A stretch of 64,000 nt of DNA from a virus (lineage: Duplodnaviria > Caudoviricetes). Under the pieces are notes generated by a model. It worked only from the letters and a program-made list of their open reading frames with translations, had not been told where the DNA came from and did no database searches. Position numbers and translations under genes: made by a program. The stretch lies in IMG/VR virus record IMGVR_UViG_3300047539_000055. One strand, 5' to 3'. This document shows, piece by piece, positions 58,301-64,000 of this stretch (positions within the stretch are counted from its first letter, which is position 1; every line of letters begins with the position of its first letter).

Positions 58301-59818
58301 TCCTTGAAAACCTTGGAATCCTTGGTTGCCTTGATTACCTTGAAATCCTTGGAATTGATTTCCTTGGTTACCTTGAGTTCCCTGAAAACCTTGGAATCCT
58401 TGGTTGCCTTGATTACCTTGAGTTCCCTGAAATCCTTGGAATCCCTGATTTCCTTGGTTACCTTGAGTTCCCTGAAAACCTTGGAATCCCTGATTTCCTT
58501 GGTTGCCCTGTGTTCCTTGGAAACCTTGGAATCCTTGGTTGCCTTGATTACCTTGAGTTCCCTGAAAACCTTGGAATCCTTGGTTGCCTTGATTACCTTG
58601 AGTTCCCTGAAAACCTTGGAATCCCTGATTTCCTTGGTTACCTTGAGTTCCCTGAAAACCTTGGAATCCCTGATTTCCTTGGTTACCTTGAGTTCCCTGA
58701 AAACCTTGGAATCCCTGATTTCCTTGGTTACCTTGAGTTCCCTGAAAACCTTGGAATCCTTGGTTGCCTTGATTACCTTGAGTTCCCTGAAAACCTTGGA
58801 ATCCTTGGTTGCCTTGATTACCTTGAGTTCCCTGAAATCCTTGGAATCCCTGATTTCCTTGGTTACCTTGAGTTCCCTGAAAACCTTGGAATCCCTGATT
58901 TCCTTGGTTGCCCTGTGTTCCTTGGAAACCTTGGAATCCTTGGTTGCCTTGATTACCTTGAGTTCCCTGAAAACCTTGGAATCCCTGATTTCCTTGGTTG
59001 CCCTGTGTTCCTTGGAAACCTTGGAATCCTTGGTTGCCTTGATTACCTTGATAACCTTGAATACCCGATTGATTGCCTTGAAAACCTTGGAATCCCTGAT
59101 TGCCTTGGTTGCCTTGAAAACCTTGCGTTCCTTGGAAGCCTTGATTTCCTTGATTGCCTTGGAATCCCTGCATACCTTGGAATCCCTGATTTCCTTGATT
59201 GCCTTGAGTTCCCTGAAAACCTTGGAAGCCTTGGTTGCCTTGAGTTCCTTGAAAGCCTTGGTCACCTTGATTTCCTTGCGAACCAACATCACCTTGGAAT
59301 CCCTGATCGCCTTGGTTGCCTTGAAAACCAGCACCTTGATTACCTTGAGCGCCATCATTTCCTTGATTTCCTTGCGAACCTACATCACCTTGAAATCCCT
59401 GATCGCCTTGATTGCCATCATTTCCTTGAAATCCTTGGTCACCCTGATTGCCTTGGAAACCAGCGCCTTGAACACCTTGATTTCCTTGGGTTCCATTTGT
59501 ACCATCATTTCCTTGATTGCCTTGAACACCAGTGGCTCCTTGATTGCCTTGTGTTCCAGCACCAATTGATCCTTGATTTCCTTGTGGCCCTTGTGGTCCA
59601 CCATAAGCACCTTGATTTCCTTGATTTCCTTGTGGTCCTTGTCCCCCACCGCCTCCACTACTTACAACTATTCCGCCAGGAGTTTCTCCATCAGATAAAC
59701 GCAATACAGGAGTATATTGATCATAAAAAAGTCTACCCTGTTCACCAATAAACACATTGGCGTTAGCTCCAGCAATCCTGCTGGACATAATTTTTTGCAT
59801 ATATAACGGACTCGACAT
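52377..59818 (-). CDS. giant collagen-like fibre protein (~2480 aa if one gene), split by several indels into ORFs 57248-59818, 53200-56967 and 52377-53966
   Basis: Gly-X-Gln repeats continue across frames, and GTQGNQGVTGGVSVLF shows that the 56967 start is internal. Globular inserts include a beta-helix-like domain (GGGTIYFP) and GNVGIGT. Indels near 58140, 57250-57375 and 53730-53880. Confidence 0.7.
53285..59645 (-). repeat. 9-bp-unit coding repeats (GNQ/GFQ/GTQ/GSQ) in three blocks: ~53285-53950, ~55360-56640, ~56980-59645
   Basis: ccttgattg/ccttggaat/ccctgaaaa units; 45-bp higher-order unit GNQGNQGFQGFQGTQ. Confidence 0.95.
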
Positions 59819-59824
59819 TATGTA

Positions 59825-60169
59825 TTACTCTTCTGGAAAATCATCATCCAAGACAACGGCTAATCCTGCGTTCTTTTTCAAAAGTTCTAATTCTTCTTCA
59901 TCAGTGGGTTCAGCTTGCGCATTACAAGTACATTCTCCTTCGCAATCACAAGTTTTATCATAAACAGAATCAACACCAGATAATTTCTTTAATAATTCAA
60001 TCTTTTGTTGTAATGGTGGAACCATAACTTCAGTTTCATCCGATTTTATTGCAACATGGTCAACAAAATTATCTTCATTTCCACCAATATCATTTTTAGT
60101 TTTATCGGGGGATTCTTGTGCCATATCAATCAAATCGGCAAGTTTTCTTAAAAAAACAGCAGCATCCAT
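59825..60169 (-). CDS. phage hypothetical protein
   Basis: MDAAVFLRKLADLID...MVPPLQQKIELLKK; GGAG SD and ATAAATA upstream. Confidence 0.75.
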   Translation of the reverse strand: MDAAVFLRKLADLIDMAQESPDKTKNDIGGNEDNFVDHVAIKSDETEVMVPPLQQKIELLKKLSGVDSVYDKTCDCEGECTCNAQAEPTDEEELELLKKNAGLAVVLDDDFPEE

Positions 60170-60262
60170 AAAATTCTCCACTCATTCTTATTATTTATCG
60201 TAATAAAGGTTTTATCTTGCTTCTTTAGTGAAGGTAATGTATAATTTAAATAGGGATTGGAA

Positions 60263-61225
60263 ATGAAACTTACTACTGAAAAATATATAGAAAAAGCAAA
60301 AGCCAGTCACAATGATACTTTTGACTATAGTGAAACTGTATATTTTGGTAGCCGAGACAAACTAAAAGTTATTTGTAAAATTCACGGTCTATTTGAACAA
60401 TTTGCAAATAATCATTTGAGAGGGGCGGGGTGTCCTCAGTGTGCGTTAGTAAATAGGACTAAAAAATTATGTACCTTCATTGAAGAAGCAAATTTGATTT
60501 ATAACGGCAAATTTTCGTATAAAAACTTTGTTTATAACGGAGCGCACAAAAAAGGAATAATTATATGTAAAATACATGGAATATTTAAACAAATACCAGC
60601 ATGGCATTTACAAGGGTTTGGCTGTCCAAAATGTAATCGAAATAGAAGATCAAAGAATGATCTTAAAACCACAGACCATTTTATTGCTAAATCCAAATTA
60701 CGACACGGCAATACTTATGAATATGATTGCTCTGAATATAAAGGAACTGATATAAAGGTAAAAATTAAATGTAAGATACACGGAATATTTGAACAATATC
60801 CAACTAATCATTATTTTGGATATGGATGTCCTATCTGTAAATCCTCTCATGGAGAAATAGCAATTCAAAAATTTTTAGAACAAAAAGCTATTTTTTATAA
60901 AAATGGATACATACTTCCAACTTGCAAATACAAAAAGGCATTACCATTTGATTTTGCAATATTTAACGGAAATAAATTACAGTTTCTAATAGAGTATCAA
61001 GGAAGACAACATTATTTGGCATCATCATTTGGAAGTAAAACATCTTCGCCAGAGCAAATGTTTGAAATTGTACAAATGAGAGATAAAATCAAAAAAGAAT
61101 ATTGTGTAGCTCAAAAAATTCCGTTATTGATAATTCCATATTGGAACAAAAACATCATAGAAAATATCATTGATGATTTTATAAAAAGGACAAATGAAAC
61201 ATACAAAATTACAAATCAAGGATGA
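60263..61225 (+). CDS. free-standing endonuclease with three zinc-ribbon repeats and a PD-(D/E)xK domain
   Basis: (I/K)CKIHG.F.Q....H..G.GCP.C x3; SHGE, LPFDF, IEYQGRQHY. TTGCTT-N17-TATAAT promoter upstream. Confidence 0.82.
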   Translation: MKLTTEKYIEKAKASHNDTFDYSETVYFGSRDKLKVICKIHGLFEQFANNHLRGAGCPQCALVNRTKKLCTFIEEANLIYNGKFSYKNFVYNGAHKKGIIICKIHGIFKQIPAWHLQGFGCPKCNRNRRSKNDLKTTDHFIAKSKLRHGNTYEYDCSEYKGTDIKVKIKCKIHGIFEQYPTNHYFGYGCPICKSSHGEIAIQKFLEQKAIFYKNGYILPTCKYKKALPFDFAIFNGNKLQFLIEYQGRQHYLASSFGSKTSSPEQMFEIVQMRDKIKKEYCVAQKIPLLIIPYWNKNIIENIIDDFIKRTNETYKITNQG

Positions 61226-62645
61226 AGTGAATTGCCAATTTTTTGGTCTTCCTGCTGAAATCCGACGAGTTTTATACGATAAAAGTAAAATTTTTAACCC
61301 CGCAAATAGATTCATCCCTAGTGTGCGCTTGGGCAGGTGGTCAGGATGTATGTATTACTTCACGATGGCGGGGTCAACTTATATCAATCTGCTTGAACCA
61401 ATTATTGAATATTTGGCTACACAAGATTATGAAGTGGAAATACAAGACCTTCGCACATATAATAGAGATTTTGAGTTTGAACCGATTGATAATAACTATT
61501 TGTCAAATTATGTTTGGCCGGAAAAACACGCGATGGCTGGTCAACCAATCATTCTTCGTGATCATCAAACCGAAGCTGTCAATATATTTTTCAACGAACA
61601 ACAAGCCATCAGTTGTTTACCAACAGCCAGTGGAAAAAGCTTAATTACGGCGGTTTTATCAAAGAAAATTGAAAAATATGGTCGTAGCATAGTTATTGTG
61701 CCAAGCAAAGATTTGATTACACAAACCGAAGATTATTATCATATTTTAGGATTGGATGTAGGGGTATACTATGGTGATAGAAAAGACTTTTTCAAAACAC
61801 ATACTATTTGCACCTGGCAAAGTCTTGAAAAATTACGACAATCACCAATAATGGTAGGAAATGATGAAGTTACATTCACTGATTTTATAGATGGAGTTGT
61901 AGCATTTATTTGTGACGAAGTTCACGGCGCTCGTGCTGAAAAATTAAGTAGTTTACTCACTGGTGAAATGGGAAAAATTCCTATTCGTTGGGGTATAAGC
62001 GGAACAATTCCAAAAGAACCACACGAAATAGTCAATCTTGTAATTGGTATTGGTGAAGTTGTTCATACTTTGGAAACATCCAGTTTGCAAGAGTTAGGTA
62101 TTCTCAGTCAATGTGATGTAAAGATTATTCAAATGGTTGATACACGAGAATTTACAAACTATCCAGCAGAATATTCTTATCTAGTTGGAGACGAAGACAG
62201 ATTGGTGTATGTTGCCAATCTCATTACTTCGCTTACTGGTAATGTTTTAGTGTTGATTGGAAGAAAAGAAACTGGCAAAGTTTTACAAAGTATGATTCCT
62301 GGTAGTGTATTTTTATCGGGAGCAACAAAATCTAAAGATCGGCGTGAACATTATGATGAGGTTGCGATTAGTAATAGCAAAGTCATTATTGCAACATCGG
62401 GAATCGCGGCTGTTGGAATTGATATTCCTCGATTGAACCATCTGATAATTTTTGAAGCTGGAAAGAGTTTTGTTCGTACTATTCAAAGCGTGGGTAGAGC
62501 ATTGCGTACAGCATTTGATAAGAATCACGCAACCATTTGGGATATTTGCAGTACTTGTAGATTCTCTAAAAGACATTTAACCAACAGAAAAAAATTTTAC
62601 AACGACCAAAAATTTCCATTTAATATTCAAAAAGTGCTTTACTAA
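61194..62645 (+). CDS. uvsW: UvsW-like SF2 DNA helicase
   Basis: LRDHQ, PTASGKS, TWQS, DEVH, SGT, GIDIP, QSVGRALR. Confidence 0.92.
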   Translation: MKHTKLQIKDEVNCQFFGLPAEIRRVLYDKSKIFNPANRFIPSVRLGRWSGCMYYFTMAGSTYINLLEPIIEYLATQDYEVEIQDLRTYNRDFEFEPIDNNYLSNYVWPEKHAMAGQPIILRDHQTEAVNIFFNEQQAISCLPTASGKSLITAVLSKKIEKYGRSIVIVPSKDLITQTEDYYHILGLDVGVYYGDRKDFFKTHTICTWQSLEKLRQSPIMVGNDEVTFTDFIDGVVAFICDEVHGARAEKLSSLLTGEMGKIPIRWGISGTIPKEPHEIVNLVIGIGEVVHTLETSSLQELGILSQCDVKIIQMVDTREFTNYPAEYSYLVGDEDRLVYVANLITSLTGNVLVLIGRKETGKVLQSMIPGSVFLSGATKSKDRREHYDEVAISNSKVIIATSGIAAVGIDIPRLNHLIIFEAGKSFVRTIQSVGRALRTAFDKNHATIWDICSTCRFSKRHLTNRKKFYNDQKFPFNIQKVLY

Positions 62646-62650
62646 ATAGA

Positions 62651-62679
62651 TTGACTATATTTGTCAAAAGGGTTATACT
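62651..62679 (+). promoter_or_regulatory. sigma70-type promoter
   Basis: TTGACT-N17-TATACT. Confidence 0.7.
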
Positions 62680-62685
62680 TATATT

Positions 62686-63207
62686 ATGCTTATCCTAAAC
62701 GAAACAAATACTCCTGTAGATTTAAATCTCATACCAAATCAGTGTGATATTTATTTTTGGGTGTTTGACAATTCGGCGGGAGCCAAAGATTATTTTTGCG
62801 TTCCACTTATTATGCTAGAAAGTTTTTATGCCCCAACAATCAAATTACGATTAACCAGCAACACAACACGAAAAAATCCAAAACAGTATTTTATTAATGT
62901 TCCTGCTGATTATCAAATTTTGATTGGAGAGGCATCCACTGGAAATCTTGAAATCAATCCAGTCACAAGTTTAAGTGGACGAGGATTCAATGCTTTCACA
63001 ACAAATCCACTATCAAGTTTCATGGCCGAATACTTTCAAGTGGATGTTGAAGATGTACTTCCATCCATAAAATGGTTTTTACCAAAAATGAAAACTGGTC
63101 AAATTTTATGTATTCCATTTGAAAATATTCCCAAACCAAAATGTATTTACTTGGTTCGTGATATGCCAAAGTCCTTAGAAATAATTCAAAATACGAATGC
63201 GTGGTAA
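62686..63207 (+). CDS. phage hypothetical protein downstream of uvsW
   Basis: DYFCVPLIMLESF, RGFNAF..NPLS, KWFLPKMK. Confidence 0.75.
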   Translation: MLILNETNTPVDLNLIPNQCDIYFWVFDNSAGAKDYFCVPLIMLESFYAPTIKLRLTSNTTRKNPKQYFINVPADYQILIGEASTGNLEINPVTSLSGRGFNAFTTNPLSSFMAEYFQVDVEDVLPSIKWFLPKMKTGQILCIPFENIPKPKCIYLVRDMPKSLEIIQNTNAW

Positions 63208-63244
63208 ATGATCCGTTAGCTATTCTTGTAGCCACCATTTTGAC

Positions 63245-63869
63245 TTACAAAATTTTCTTTTTAAATTCTGTTTTTGGAGAATAATGATGACCTTTGTTGG
63301 ATTTTGAAATTTTATCTTTTGTTTCTTGAGATAATTTTTTACCAATTTTTGGATTATTTTGAAATCTAAATTTTTGAGCGTCGGACATTTTCTTTTTAAC
63401 TTCATCTGATCTACGGCCATGACCACCTTTATTTCCCAATGCATTTTGATTACCTTTTTTAGATTCGGCCATTTTTTGTCTAGTAATCTCTGACATATTT
63501 TGTCTTGTTATTGACATTTGTTTTCGAGATTCATCCGAATGTTTATATCCACTCACACCGTCACCGCCACTAGTTCTATTACGAAGGTTTCCAGTTTTTA
63601 TGTCAATACGACCATATAGATGAATAAGTAATATCTCAAGTTGAAGGGCATCTGCTTCATTCATATTTTTTAGATAAAATTTGGATTTGGTTTTTATCTT
63701 TTGGAACTGCGATTCCTTTTGGATGTTGTTTTTCAAATGCACGACGATTTTTTCCTTTACCAATATAATAAGGAGTTCCAATATCTCCATATTTTGATTT
63801 CTTAAAACGTAGATATTGATACACATAAAAAATTTTTTCTTGAGAAAATATGGCAGAATAAATATTCAT
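63245..63869 (-). pseudogene. GIY-YIG-like/NUMOD3 endonuclease, paralog of 10688-11488, with a 1-nt frameshift
   Basis: MNIYS...FYVYQYLR...PYYIGKG in one frame and NMNEADAL...YGRID...NRTSGGDG in another. Removing one A from the A6 run near 63670 restores the ORF, so this may be a sequencing error. Confidence 0.75.
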
Positions 63870-63937
63870 AGCTGATTGCCTCCTTGGGCATTAGAGCAGT
63901 TGGATGTTTCTGCATCGCGAACTGCATATGTATTTAT
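63858..63937 (-). ncRNA. putative structured leader of an endonuclease gene (copy B)
   Basis: ATAAATA, then stems GCAGTT/AACTGC, GATG/CATC and TGCC/GGCA, then ATCAGCT-ATG. Confidence 0.6.
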
Positions 63938-64000
63938 CGTTGACATAGCAAAAATAAGAGAGTAATATACAGATATGGGAACAAAATCTAAACGCGATTA

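Noticed and set aside
56980-59645. Possible CRISPR array or satellite DNA
   Set aside because: There are no unique spacers; the repeats are codon-phased Gly-X-Gln coding sequence. No cas genes are present.
53219-59751. Long alternative-frame and antisense ORFs (LIALVALESL..., CLGCLGIP..., KAIKATKDSK...)
   Set aside because: They are shadows of the 9-bp collagen repeat, which lacks stops in several frames. They have no independent starts or domains.
1-64000. Stop-codon reassignment as seen in some jumbo phages
   Set aside because: Core genes are full length in code 11, and TAA, TAG and TGA all occur as terminators.

Overview
This 64 kb AT-rich window comes from a large T4-like (jumbo-type) myovirus genome in the standard genetic code. 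Recognisable core genes are uvsX, uvsY, uvsW, large terminase, tail sheath, tail tube, gp15, neck gp13/gp14, head-completion gp4, dNMP kinase and a DEDD exonuclease. About nine free-standing homing-type endonuclease genes are scattered between them. Early genes carry sigma70 promoters and late genes carry (A/C)TAAATA promoters. The most striking accessory feature is a family of seven T7 gp0.7-like protein kinase genes: five in tandem between uvsX and uvsY, plus one intact and one decayed copy behind gp15. They are linked to late transcription and most begin with an M-K/R-x-x-E leader, which suggests a virion-packaged kinase arsenal. Other notable items: (1) a 1531-aa protein built of zinc-ribbon modules separated by prohead-protease-like V/I/L-x-E sites; (2) a covarying structured leader shared by two GIY-YIG-like genes 53 kb apart; (3) a four-gene array ending in LW(K/R/M)LEN; (4) a tRNA-Leu 3' half followed by integrase and IS debris; (5) an RmlD-like gene plus a GT-GT2-methyltransferase fusion next to fibre genes and a ~7.4 kb Gly-X-Gln collagen-like gene broken by indels that are probably sequencing errors. 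All family assignments come from motif recognition by eye; no database searches were run.
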